Shown here piece after piece: positions 23,224 to 33,622 of a stretch of 64,000 nucleotides of DNA (position 1 is the first letter of the stretch; every line of letters begins with the position of its first letter). Source of the stretch: Cladosporium halotolerans (lineage: Eukaryota); NCBI RefSeq assembly GCF_011745625.1, contig NW_027191452.1, forward strand, positions 868,001 through 932,000, in the 5' to 3' direction. The notes under the pieces were generated by a model. It saw nothing but the letters and a program-made list of their open reading frames with translations, searched no databases and was not told where the DNA came from. The position numbers and the translations under genes were made by a program.

Positions 23224-25956
23224 TTACGCGTCCTTCTTGAACATGGCCCCCGCAGGGTTGTCCTGAGGGCCGCCAAGCGGCGGAGGAATGGGGCCTTCGT
23301 TCGAGCCGCCCTCCTTAGGGGGCATCGAGTCACCGATGCCACCTGGCTGCGGGTTATCTGTCCTGCCGCCACCGAGTGGAGCCTGGCCAGCGCCGAAGTA
23401 CTTGTTGAACTCGCCCTGGTCGTCGAACGGCCTAGGACCGAGCAGGCGAACCATGTCGTCGCGGGTGAGCATCTCCTTTCGGAGGAGCTCCTCGGCGACG
23501 ATCTTCACCTCGTTGTGCTTCTCCTCGAGCAGGTCTCTGCACTGCTTGTAGGCTTCGTCGACGATGCGGCGGACCTCAGTGTCGATGTTGCGAGCGGTCT
23601 CCTCAGAGAAAGGCTTCTGGAACTGTGCCTCCTGGGACTCGGAAGCGTTGGGGTAGTACATGTAGCCAATCTTGGAGCTCATGCCCCATTGAGTGACCAT
23701 AGCAGTGGCCAGTCGGGTGACCTTGTTGAAATCATCCGATGCTCCGGAAGTGACCGTCGGGAAGTTGAGCTCCTCGCTGACACGACCACCGAGAGTCATT
23801 GCCATTCGGTCCATGAGCTGCTTCATGTTCATCAGATATGCGTCCGCGCCACCAGCAGGCAGGTACTGAGCGTAACCCAGAGCGCCTTGGCCGCGAGGAA
23901 TGATCGAGACCTTGAGAAGCGGGTCGGCGAACTCGAAGTACCAACCGCAAATGGCATGTCCTGCCTCGTGGTAGGCCACTGTCTTTTTCTCCTTTGGCGA
24001 AAGCACCATGGATTTCTTCTCCAGGCCACCAATGACACGCTCAATGGCCTGCTCGAAGTGGCTCATGTCGACGCTGCTCGCTTGAGAGCGAGCGGCGATC
24101 AGCGCAGCTTCGTTGACGGCGTTGGCAATGTCAGCACCGCTGAAGCCAGGTGTCAGGGCAGACAGACGGCCCTTAACGAGCTCAAGGTCTTCGCTCGTGG
24201 TGATGTTCTTCAAGTGAACGTTGAAGATCTGCTTGCGACCCTCCATTGTGGGCTTGTCGATTGAGATGTGTCTGTCGAAACGGCCGGGTCTCATGAGAGC
24301 CGAATCGAGAATGTCGGGCCTGTTGGTACCGGCAAGCACAACAACCTGTTCCGATGTGTTGAAGCCATCCATTTCCGTCAAGATTTGGTTAAGAGTGCTT
24401 TCACGTTCGTCGTTACCACCACCCATGGCATTCTTGCCTCTCGCCTTGCCGATGGCGTCAATTTCATCGATGAAGATAATGCAGGGTGTGCTCTTTCTCG
24501 CATTTGCGAAGAGGTCGCGGACTCTTGAGGGACCGACACCGACGAACATTTCCACGAATTCGGAACCAGAGACGCTGAAGAAGGGTACGCCAGACTCGCC
24601 GGCGGTGGCCTTGGCCAACAGCGTCTTACCGGTACCGGGGGGACCACTGAGAATGGCGCCACGAGGAATCTTGGCACCAAGCTTCTGGTAGACCGCGGGC
24701 TCTTTGAGGAAGGAGACGAACTCCATAATCTCCTGCTTCGCCTCATCCATACCGGCAACGTCGTTGAATTTGACCTTGATACCCTCCTCCATGTTGAACT
24801 TCTTAGCGCGGGAGCGACCCATGCCGAAGATACCACCAGGGCCGCCTCCGCCACCGGCGCCGCCACCTGCCCTCCTGCTCATGTACATGATCGCGCCGAT
24901 GAAGAGGAGTGTAGGTCCGAATGCAAAGATGGTGTCGGCCCAGCTCCCTTCTTGCTGGTAGCTGACGGGCAGTCTCTCGCTACCAGGGATACCAAGCTCA
25001 TTCTGTGCATCCTCCACACGGCGCTCGAAAGCCTCTACCGACCCAATGGAGAAATAATAGAAGAAGCCGGGCTGGGCGGCGGGGGACTCCGGGAACATGC
25101 TCGCAACGCTCTCGCGGTGCAAGTGTACCCTGACCTTGTTGCCATTCACGACGACAAGCTTCTCAACCAGTCCCTTGTCGAGGAATGTGTTCCTGAACTC
25201 TTGCCATGTGATTTCCCTGCTGTTGTCCGTAGGCACGAAGAGCCTGTACATCAAGTATGCAACGAAACCACTGATCAGGAACTGGGAAAGATCGAAGTTC
25301 ATCCCGGACATTCCCGGGAACAGCTCATCCGGCTTCTTCTTCTTGTTTCCATCTTTTTTACTGTTTCCAGGTCCTGGATCCTCTGAGGTCTGCTGCTTCG
25401 CTTGCTCGTCTTTAGAGTCCTTCCGCTCATTTACAACTTCATCAGCGGTCTGTCTCGCCATCTGCGTAGTAAGTCTCCAAAAGGTCGCTGCTCTTGCTGG
25501 GGACATGCCCTCCTTCGCAGTTTCGTCCATAGCCTTGCGCAGCTCGTCCGGAACGCCGTCGCGCTTGACTTTCTCCAAAAACTTATCGACGTCCTGTGCC
25601 ATGGACGCAGGCATGCCTTTCTTCACCAAGTTGAATATCTCGTCCAGCTGTTGGATCTCCTCGCTCGAGAGCTTCGATTTTCCATCGTTATCTGGCTTCT
25701 TCGGGCCGCCCGGCGGCTGTGAAGGCGACATTGGCGAGCTCTTTTGGTAAAGGTGCTCCATACCCGAGGCGGGTGAGCCGGGCTTATCACCATCCTTCTC
25801 CGGCTGGGTTGCGTACTGTCGGGTGCGAGCGTAGGCAAACAGTGGCCGAGGAATGGATGCTGGGCGACGGGAAAGTGCTCTTGACAGTGAGGCGGCCTCG
25901 GTGAACTGGCGTGATGCGCGCGCCAGCTGCTGCGGGCGGCGCAGGGCGGACGCCAT
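23224..25956 (-). CDS. Mitochondrial m-AAA protease subunit (AFG3/YTA12/paraplegin-type FtsH homolog)
   Basis: Arg-rich presequence, two TMs, GPPGTGKT Walker A, IIFIDEID Walker [16 protein letters not shown] zinc motif. Confidence 0.95.
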   Translation of the reverse strand: MASALRRPQQLARASRQFTEAASLSRALSRRPASIPRPLFAYARTRQYATQPEKDGDKPGSPASGMEHLYQKSSPMSPSQPPGGPKKPDNDGKSKLSSEEIQQLDEIFNLVKKGMPASMAQDVDKFLEKVKRDGVPDELRKAMDETAKEGMSPARAATFWRLTTQMARQTADEVVNERKDSKDEQAKQQTSEDPGPGNSKKDGNKKKKPDELFPGMSGMNFDLSQFLISGFVAYLMYRLFVPTDNSREITWQEFRNTFLDKGLVEKLVVVNGNKVRVHLHRESVASMFPESPAAQPGFFYYFSIGSVEAFERRVEDAQNELGIPGSERLPVSYQQEGSWADTIFAFGPTLLFIGAIMYMSRRAGGGAGGGGGPGGIFGMGRSRAKKFNMEEGIKVKFNDVAGMDEAKQEIMEFVSFLKEPAVYQKLGAKIPRGAILSGPPGTGKTLLAKATAGESGVPFFSVSGSEFVEMFVGVGPSRVRDLFANARKSTPCIIFIDEIDAIGKARGKNAMGGGNDERESTLNQILTEMDGFNTSEQVVVLAGTNRPDILDSALMRPGRFDRHISIDKPTMEGRKQIFNVHLKNITTSEDLELVKGRLSALTPGFSGADIANAVNEAALIAARSQASSVDMSHFEQAIERVIGGLEKKSMVLSPKEKKTVAYHEAGHAICGWYFEFADPLLKVSIIPRGQGALGYAQYLPAGGADAYLMNMKQLMDRMAMTLGGRVSEELNFPTVTSGASDDFNKVTRLATAMVTQWGMSSKIGYMYYPNASESQEAQFQKPFSEETARNIDTEVRRIVDEAYKQCRDLLEEKHNEVKIVAEELLRKEMLTRDDMVRLLGPRPFDDQGEFNKYFGAGQAPLGGGRTDNPQPGGIGDSMPPKEGGSNEGPIPPPLGGPQDNPAGAMFKKDA

Positions 25957-26373
25957 GATGTGTGGGTGTGTACGGGGTAGGATAGTTAGGTGGGAGTAGA
26001 AAGGATAAGTCTACTGCGGCGCCACCATGCACAGGTAGGGTATCCAGATAGGGAGGGTGTATCGGTTTGATGGCGAAAGGGTATTAGGCGGCGAGGACGC
26101 GCAGATCTGAGTCGATGATGTCCAGACAGCCGCCGGCATGACGGAGTGCGCCTGCGGGAGCTCCCGCGCAGGCTTCGGCGCGAGCTACTCGAAGGAGAAC
26201 GGTCCCCGCTGATCTCATGTCGACTATCAGTGGGATGCGTAGGGGGACAAGGCGACAACACGCTTCGCAACGAATGAATAGTTCTGGATGTGTACTTAAC
26301 GGAATCGATAACTTCATTTTATCATACTGTCATTTTGCATATTCTTGCTAAGCCCCCATGCTGTCTGATGACA

Positions 26374-29300
26374 TCATATTAGATGGGTGCCGTTCCCAAT
26401 TGCCTCCAGCTCGTATCTACAGCTCGAACAGTAATTCTCAAATCCCTTTCCAAGAATACCTTCAGCCTGTTCTTTCAAGGCTGCACCATTCTTCTTGCTG
26501 TTGATCATGGCTTCAACCCTTGCGCATTTCTTCTCCTCTGCACGGACCCAGTCCTCCCATTCTGCAAGCACCACGTCCCGCTCTACTCGATTGACGACGC
26601 GTATCGCCACGAGGAGGTCATGCCGGTAGCGTGCAATAGCATCACGAGTCCTCGACAGCCTCCTGCTTGCTTGGTTTGGCGAGACTGAAGGTATGGCAGG
26701 CGTGAGTTGCTCGCCAAATGTGCCGCGACAGCTTCTCGCATTGGAGTTGACCGGGAATGCTGTCTCCGTGGCGTTGTTCAGCGACGGGTCTATAAGGGTA
26801 TGAACATCGTTCAGATAGATAGCCTTGCTCATCGATGGGTTCGGAGTGACACCAAGCCGCGCCATAAACTTGCCCGCGTTCCGCTCCTGGTACCAGAGTA
26901 AGCCGTCGCGATATCCATGCCAACTGTTGTAGACAACACTCGTTGCCAGTAATGCAACAAGCAGAGTGTGTGCGGTAAATACGTTGAGGACACCTTTGCC
27001 AACGCCGATCAGGATGTCAACCAGAATATTAAACAGACCCAGTAAGTGGCGGAAAGCATCGTCCATGATCAACCCCGGCAAGGACTGCTTCTTCGCCCGC
27101 TTCGCACCTAAGGCAGGCGCAACCGTAGCCATAGAGCTGGCGATCTTGGGCTCTATCTGTGGCACCTGTACTTGTTGGCCGATGCCACCAAAGATGTCGA
27201 CCGCTTTGTTTGTTTTGCTGTGCTTGCCAAGCTTGGCGACTTGGTCCATCGCCACGTTCGTCAGGTCGAGAGCATCTGCCTCCAGACTGTTAAGCGCCTG
27301 AGCTTCGATCAAGTGCTTGAAATAGGTGAGACTCGGAGGCTTCGCCCACCGTACGTGCTGGAAGAGCGCAAGCTTGCAGCGCGACTTCGCTGTGTGGGTG
27401 ATCACGAGCTTAGTGGCGAGGCTGAAACGGTCGGCATACGGCAATCGCCAGGGATATTTGTTGTTCGTGATGACGTAGCAGAGATGGTCGTTGTAAATAT
27501 CGACCGTTTGGGTATCTGTCGTAGGGCTCCTTCCGTCCTCGGTCGAGAACTTTCGCGTCCATTGTCCGGCGACCTCGCTTTTAGCCCAGGGTGTTTGCAT
27601 TATACTCTCTCCCCAACGGTTGCAGTACAGGAGTTGGAACACTGCACTCTTGTCGCCAAACATAACGTGGAACAACGCCTTTGCGGAAACATTGAACTCC
27701 CGTGAGACACCAGCGAGCATGCCTTGAGGCGCGTAGACGACTGCTTGATTGGGGAGCTTGAACTTTTGGATCTCTTTTCCCGTTTTCGCCGGCTCGCCGT
27801 AAAGGTTGCCGTCGATACGTAAAGACGTTTTCAAATTTCGCGGGTCGGTCTTCTCTGGGCTGTTCAGGCCAGCCTCATCAGAAGGATATCTGACATCTTC
27901 CCAGCTTTCAACGCTGGAACTTCGCTTGGGAGTCTCGACTTCCATTTTGATGAGCATCTTCAAAACCTCCTCCAAACCAGCTGGTGCGTCTGCCTCAACG
28001 TTGTGTACCAGATAGCTCAATCTGCGCTGAATAAGTCTCAAGGGCTCAAGGAACGTTTTGATCGTGATTCGGCGTGACTCGTCGGATCGCAAGTTATCCT
28101 TAAGATGCAGGTAGAGGAAGTCACAGTCTCGTCCTGGCGCTGCAGTGACTTCTTCAATGCTGCGCAAGCTTACACCTGTGATCAAGACCAACCCAAGATG
28201 ATTGCTGTAGAAGTAAACCTCCTTGGTGGTGACGTAGACTCTGCCAGGAAATTCTTGCTGTTCATTAGGATTCCACGCTGCCCTGAAGACCAAGACAACC
28301 TTTTCAGAGGCTGGAATGGACGGGAAAAGCATTTTGAACTGGCCATGCTGCGCCTTCAAAGGTAGTGGATAGTAGTTCGGATACTCTTCCGTGCTTTCAG
28401 AGGATGGCTTGAGACCGACGGCAGTGGCAGCAATGTCGTCGGTGACACTGAGAGTCTTGCGATGAACGATGCCCCGTGCGGGCGAGGGACTCTTCTCTTC
28501 TACAGCAGTCTGTGACGAAGTCTCGCTCATTCCGTCCATGATCTCTGAATCGTCTTTCGATGCCATTGTTGTGAGAAGTTGTGATGTCTCGCTTCGGTTA
28601 CTCTCGTCGCCTATCCGGTTGATGTAACCCCAGTTGCTGCTGCCCCATAGATTGGCAAGTATACCTGAGGGCATGGAGGAGCCATCCGCCCTGCTGATGT
28701 TGATTTTGCGCTCCCCACTGACGGCGACCGCGGTATGGCTCAAGTTCGTGGGCGCTGGCGGATTAGCTAAAGTCGAAGGAGCGAGGGTGCTAATCGGTAG
28801 AGTAGCCGCACGCCTTGGACCTTCAAAGGATGAAGGAGGCGGTGCACCTGGACCAACAGGCAAGATGTTGTGACTTGCACTGATCAAGCTTGCGATACCT
28901 CCAGCGGTTGATCCAGAGCTCAGCTGACCTGAGCCGGTTGAGCGTTTGTGCAGATCCAGTTTTTGGATTATGCGTTCTCTTGTTCCTTCTCCGCCTTCTC
29001 TTTCCAAACTAGTCACCCTACGGGCAGCGTTGAAGTCCCCACTTGGGCGATGACTGAGAGGTCCCATGGTCTCAGCACGCTCTGGTACCATGCCTAACAT
29101 ATCCTCGCTACCTTCTCTTCCATGTCTGTCTTCAATCTTAGCTGCGAACTCCGGTGAAACTGGAGGGCTGATAGCAAAAGCAGGGTCAACGCCAGGCGTA
29201 CTTTGATTTGCCTCGGTGGAACTGGGATCCTCGAAAGCTTTGCGTTTCGCCAAATCGAAAGCAGCGAGCCACTCGGTCAGCTCCGCCTGCGTCTCTGCTT

Positions 29301-30477
29301 GGAGGATGATAGTGGTATCCCTGGTTTTTACTTCGAAACAGAACCTGCGCTCCTCTTGAAAGGCAGCTCGAACATTGCACAGAAGTACCCCAATCTTTTC
29401 GCTTTCCTCGACACCTCCGCTTCGGGTTCCTTGAATCAGCCATCCAAATATACCATTCTTCACGAAATACCATCGGCGAGACCAAACGGTACGAGTAGGC
29501 TTTCCGGTCAGAGTCTTGATGAAAAGCCATCCCTGCTTCTCGGCTCTGGCATGCTGGGGCTTCGCTGGGGATGCCACCGCTGTAGCAGACGCAGCGCCTG
29601 TTCCAAGGTAAGGTACAGTAGAAGCACTGTAATCTTCTAGCTCCCGCGAAGGCCGCCAAATCTGTTCAGCGTTCTCTTCAATCTGCCGCCGAGCTGTGAC
29701 GAGTTCTCTTTTGAAGGCGCGTTCTGAATTCTCTAGCTCTCGACTCCAGCCACGTACTCTCTCCATCTCCGAACTGCTTTTTGCAAATATCGCCGAGCTT
29801 GCTTCTCGTGATGTACGCATTTCCTTCCACTGCTCCGAAAACACTTTCACAATGAGTTTGTCCAGTGTTGTTCGCAGCTGAGGGGCCAGCATACAAAAGT
29901 CCATTGCAGCCTTGAGATACGCCCTACGAGCCTCGTGTACTTGAAAGGCATCCTCTCGCAGTGATGAAGGTTCCTTGCTTTTATTCTGGCCCAAATAACG
30001 TGCAATGACGCTGTCGAAGACCTTCTGGTTGCCCTCCATTGTCCGCCGAGCGTCTTTGAACGCCTTCAGTTCGCCATTCAGGAATGCCTTGATTGGTTCC
30101 ACCACGATGGAATCATATCTCTTCATTCCCTGTATTGTTTGTTGCCAAAATGCCCGTGCCCCCTCTCCATATTTCATCAGCGCCAGCATTGTGTAGTCAT
30201 GGTCGAGCACAGCTTCGCTGACTGTGGGCGGTGGGGCACTCTGCGCCAGGAATGAGTTGACCAGCAGCTCGAGCGATGAAACCTCTGCCACCAGCTTCGA
30301 CGCCGCTCTCACATATCCATCTAGCCATCTTTCAATAATCTCGATTTGGTCGGCGAAATGCAGAGCCGTCGCGCGGAAGGTCGGAGAGTCGAGGGCGGCT
30401 TCCTTTAGACCGACCGGAACCAGGTTGAGTGGTCGTTCCACTGGCTGAACGGGCACTTTCGCTGCGTCTTCGGCCAT
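26374..30477 (-). CDS. sip3: Sip3/Lam1-like BAR-PH-GRAM-VASt (StART-like) sterol-transfer membrane protein
   Basis: LKEAALDSPTFRA BAR start, PH domain (EKQGWLF..WSRRWYFVKNGIFGW, RRFCFEV), QEFPGRVY, ALFHVMFGDKS, C-terminal TM; 1367-aa ORF. Confidence 0.88.
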   Translation of the reverse strand: MAEDAAKVPVQPVERPLNLVPVGLKEAALDSPTFRATALHFADQIEIIERWLDGYVRAASKLVAEVSSLELLVNSFLAQSAPPPTVSEAVLDHDYTMLALMKYGEGARAFWQQTIQGMKRYDSIVVEPIKAFLNGELKAFKDARRTMEGNQKVFDSVIARYLGQNKSKEPSSLREDAFQVHEARRAYLKAAMDFCMLAPQLRTTLDKLIVKVFSEQWKEMRTSREASSAIFAKSSSEMERVRGWSRELENSERAFKRELVTARRQIEENAEQIWRPSRELEDYSASTVPYLGTGAASATAVASPAKPQHARAEKQGWLFIKTLTGKPTRTVWSRRWYFVKNGIFGWLIQGTRSGGVEESEKIGVLLCNVRAAFQEERRFCFEVKTRDTTIILQAETQAELTEWLAAFDLAKRKAFEDPSSTEANQSTPGVDPAFAISPPVSPEFAAKIEDRHGREGSEDMLGMVPERAETMGPLSHRPSGDFNAARRVTSLEREGGEGTRERIIQKLDLHKRSTGSGQLSSGSTAGGIASLISASHNILPVGPGAPPPSSFEGPRRAATLPISTLAPSTLANPPAPTNLSHTAVAVSGERKINISRADGSSMPSGILANLWGSSNWGYINRIGDESNRSETSQLLTTMASKDDSEIMDGMSETSSQTAVEEKSPSPARGIVHRKTLSVTDDIAATAVGLKPSSESTEEYPNYYPLPLKAQHGQFKMLFPSIPASEKVVLVFRAAWNPNEQQEFPGRVYVTTKEVYFYSNHLGLVLITGVSLRSIEEVTAAPGRDCDFLYLHLKDNLRSDESRRITIKTFLEPLRLIQRRLSYLVHNVEADAPAGLEEVLKMLIKMEVETPKRSSSVESWEDVRYPSDEAGLNSPEKTDPRNLKTSLRIDGNLYGEPAKTGKEIQKFKLPNQAVVYAPQGMLAGVSREFNVSAKALFHVMFGDKSAVFQLLYCNRWGESIMQTPWAKSEVAGQWTRKFSTEDGRSPTTDTQTVDIYNDHLCYVITNNKYPWRLPYADRFSLATKLVITHTAKSRCKLALFQHVRWAKPPSLTYFKHLIEAQALNSLEADALDLTNVAMDQVAKLGKHSKTNKAVDIFGGIGQQVQVPQIEPKIASSMATVAPALGAKRAKKQSLPGLIMDDAFRHLLGLFNILVDILIGVGKGVLNVFTAHTLLVALLATSVVYNSWHGYRDGLLWYQERNAGKFMARLGVTPNPSMSKAIYLNDVHTLIDPSLNNATETAFPVNSNARSCRGTFGEQLTPAIPSVSPNQASRRLSRTRDAIARYRHDLLVAIRVVNRVERDVVLAEWEDWVRAEEKKCARVEAMINSKKNGAALKEQAEGILGKGFENYCSSCRYELEAIGNGTHLI

Positions 30478-31124
30478 TGTTGTGAAGCTAGCTGTGGGTA
30501 CAAAGCGGCGTTCGACGATTAGGCCTTCATGCTAGTATGGGCGAAGCAATGGCTGTGAGGCCAGGTTGTGGCAGAGAGGTCGTGTGTGAGTGACTAAAAG
30601 CAGGGTCGCGCTGCTATCTGCTGTGCGTCCAGAAGTATGGCACGTCTAGGATGCTTAGAAGAGGAAGAGGTAAGCTCAAGGCCTCGTCCCCTCGTCTCGG
30701 CCCAGCCGCCAGCGGCGCGTGCAAGCTGATGCACGCACGGCACGTCACAAGCCAGTGTGGAGTCGGGGGTGTCGGCAGCGGAGATGGCTGAAGCCCTTAG
30801 CCTAGACATCCGGTTTATCACGCACAGGAGATACGAGAAGTAGTATCTGTCGATCCTCAATTCAAACAATTTTAACATTGCACTTATTTGTTGAAGTCCA
30901 CGGTCACGGCGGCGTCCTTTCTCAATGCATGTTCGTCTCAGGTTGGACAACAGGAAGAGAAAAGTCCAAAGCATCGCACCTCACATTATATTCCAATCAA
31001 CCAGTCTCAATTGAAATGCAGTATGCCTCGACGGAAGGTGAACATCTCTGATAGATCGTCAATTCTGGCCTTGCCTGATGCGTATGACCGCTAGAAAGAG
31101 CTCCATCTGTGACACAGATCAATC

Positions 31125-31607
31125 TCAACAGTTTTGTTGTAGACATTGCACGCCATCACGTTCAGGGGCATTCTCGTCCATGGTGTTCACGCCGATGAGT
31201 TGATTCAAATAGATCTGGATTCTGTTTTTGCAGCCAACTGGCACACGGAACTATTTGGTTCATTTATTAGTTATCGACACCAACCTCGGATTACACGATC
31301 AACTCACATTTACTGAGAAAAAAAATCGACCTTTCTCACATGATTCATGGTAATGCCATTTGGTCACCATGCAGGCGTCGTTGAGCACCTGCTTGATTTC
31401 CGTCTCATTGGTGTCCCAACCGCGGCCAATCAACGTGAATTTGTCGAACCATACATCGTAGTTGAAAACGCATGACTGCTCTGCGGTGGGATTGTACGGT
31501 TTTCTGTGAGGCTTTTTTATGACAGTCCCACCGCCGCCACCAGGAACGGCGAGGATTCCAGAGGCGGCGGCGAGTACGAGAAGACAGATGAGGCTGAATC
31601 GAACCAT
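31125..31607 (-). CDS. Small secreted cysteine-rich protein (effector-like), 141 aa; exons 31607-31308, 31250-31125
   Basis: Signal peptide MVRFSLICLLVLAAASGILA. Intron 31307-31251 (GTGAGT..ACTAAT..TAG) gives exon 2 FRVPVGCKNRIQIYLNQLIGVNTMDENAPERDGVQCLQQNC*. Six Cys in the mature part. Confidence 0.8.
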
Positions 31608-32022
31608 CTTCGGTGATAAGCGTGGTGTAAATTACCAGAATTTGGGGCTGCGAAAGTAGATCTAATGAAGGGACGAAGACATTTAAGCAGACCGTGACGC
31701 GAAAATATACATCGCCCTCGCTGTCGCTGTAATAAGGTTTAATGTGAAGGCAGATTGGGACGAGCGGAAGTCTGGTTCGAGATGCCTGCGTGTCCGCAGG
31801 CACCTGTCCCTCATCCAGTAAATGCGAGATTATGGTCACAGTTCGGTGGGGACGAATCCCATGGGTGGCCATCTGGTACAGAGAAGCAGGATGGCACCAT
31901 GGGAAGCCAATGACCTGCCTTCAAATTAGCTTACGTCGCAGTTTTCCAGGCTCGTGTCAGTTCGCCAACTGCCTTTCGACGGAAAGTGTGGCAGTCACCT
32001 CAGCACGCTCACGTACTTGGTA

Positions 32023-32043
32023 GACTGGACTGGACTGGACTGG
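32023..32043. repeat. (GACTG)4 microsatellite
   Basis: gactggactggactggactgg read directly. Confidence 0.8.
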
Positions 32044-32236
32044 ATCGAATCTCGAGCGCTTAAGCGAAACTTCCAGTGTTGGAGGCAGGTCGATTGGACA
32101 TCGCCGAGGTATCTCCGCAATCAGATAAAGCTCGAAGTTGAGATGACATCGATGAAGTCAGGATTCCAATGCCTTGCCCGCCGCGGCGTGACGACGGGAG
32201 AGCTTCTTGACGCACGATTTACATCCTCCAGCAAAG

Positions 32237-33325
32237 ATGAATACACCTTCAAGAGCCTTCATCAGAGCGCCCAAATTGCGTGCCGCGTGTTTTCGCACCA
32301 TCCAGCCCAGAAGATCCTACGCCGTCCAGTCGCCGGGATCGCCAGCCATCGAGGTCTTCGACTCTCGCGCGAAATACCTTCACAAGGAGCGAGCAGCTTC
32401 CAATATCGAACAGAGCCGCAATGTGGACTATTTGCGTGATGAGGTCGCCGCCAGGTTGTGTGACCGACTACTCGATATCAACCGGCACTTTCCCAAGGCC
32501 CTCGATTTCGGCGCGAACGCGTGCAATATCGCTCGCGTCCTCACAAGACCGAATCCAGACCCAGACGTAAAAGGCGCCGAAGCCGAGCCCATAGCGAAAA
32601 GAGTAGGAAGCATACACTGTACCGATACAAGCCCTGCGCTCCTTTACCGAGACCAAGCCGATCCTTTCAACAAGGAAATCGACATCACACGAGAGGTGCT
32701 GAAGAACCCGGAATACCTCCCTTACGAGCCCGAGTCTTTCGACCTCGCAATGTCCTCCCTATCTCTCCACTGGATCAACGACCTGCCGTCCGTCCTCGCG
32801 CAGATCAACACTGCCCTCAAGCCTGACGCGCCCTTCATCGCCGCCATGAGCGGCGGCGATACTCTCTTCGAACTCCGAGGCTCTCTACAGCTCGCCGAGC
32901 AAGAGCGAATTGGTGGCATCGGCACGCATATCTCACCGCTAGCTGACGTCCGTGACGTGGGTAACCTGCTGACCCGCGCGGGCTTCAAGTTGCTGACGGT
33001 GGACGTGGACGACATCATCGTCGACTATCCGAACACATTTGCGCTGATGGCGGATCTGCAGAGCATGGGAGAAGCAAATGCAGCGCTTCGCCGTGATGCA
33101 AGCGGCATCCGCAAAGACGTACTATTGGCCACAGAAGCAATTTACCGCGAGTTATACGGTGAGCAGCAAGAAGACGGCACGATTACGATTCCGGCTACAT
33201 TCAGAACAATCTACATGATCGGGTGGAAAGAGAGTCCTGACCAAGCTAAGCCGCTGGAGAGAGGTACAGGCGAGGCCAATCTATCCGATGTGCTGGGTGG
33301 AGGCGGCAAGTTGGGAGGCAGATGA
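32237..33325 (+). CDS. NDUFAF5-like mitochondrial SAM-dependent methyltransferase-fold protein (complex I assembly factor)
   Basis: Presequence ending RRSYA; VDYLRDEVA, SSLSLHWINDLP, GGDTLFELR, SPLADVRDVG, DLQSMGE, IPATF..IYMIGWK. Confidence 0.9.
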   Translation: MNTPSRAFIRAPKLRAACFRTIQPRRSYAVQSPGSPAIEVFDSRAKYLHKERAASNIEQSRNVDYLRDEVAARLCDRLLDINRHFPKALDFGANACNIARVLTRPNPDPDVKGAEAEPIAKRVGSIHCTDTSPALLYRDQADPFNKEIDITREVLKNPEYLPYEPESFDLAMSSLSLHWINDLPSVLAQINTALKPDAPFIAAMSGGDTLFELRGSLQLAEQERIGGIGTHISPLADVRDVGNLLTRAGFKLLTVDVDDIIVDYPNTFALMADLQSMGEANAALRRDASGIRKDVLLATEAIYRELYGEQQEDGTITIPATFRTIYMIGWKESPDQAKPLERGTGEANLSDVLGGGGKLGGR

Positions 33326-33622
33326 GTTGACTGTAAGATGAGAGTGATACACGGATGAAAGGGATCTGCATACATACGTTCGGCGGGGTTCTTCTAACAG
33401 GACTAGAGGCCTGCGCGGACGTGCGCGTAGAGTCGATAGAATGTACATATAAGCTTGCTGACGGCGAGCAGATGACGGCGCTGGATTGTTCAATCATCGG
33501 CATCTTTGATATTACGACATAGGATGGGCTCATCGATGAGAGGCTCCGAAATCGCGCAGCAACGCACGAGTATTGGTTTCATTGTAACATCAATATGTAT
33601 AAAACTATGAACAGAAAATCTC

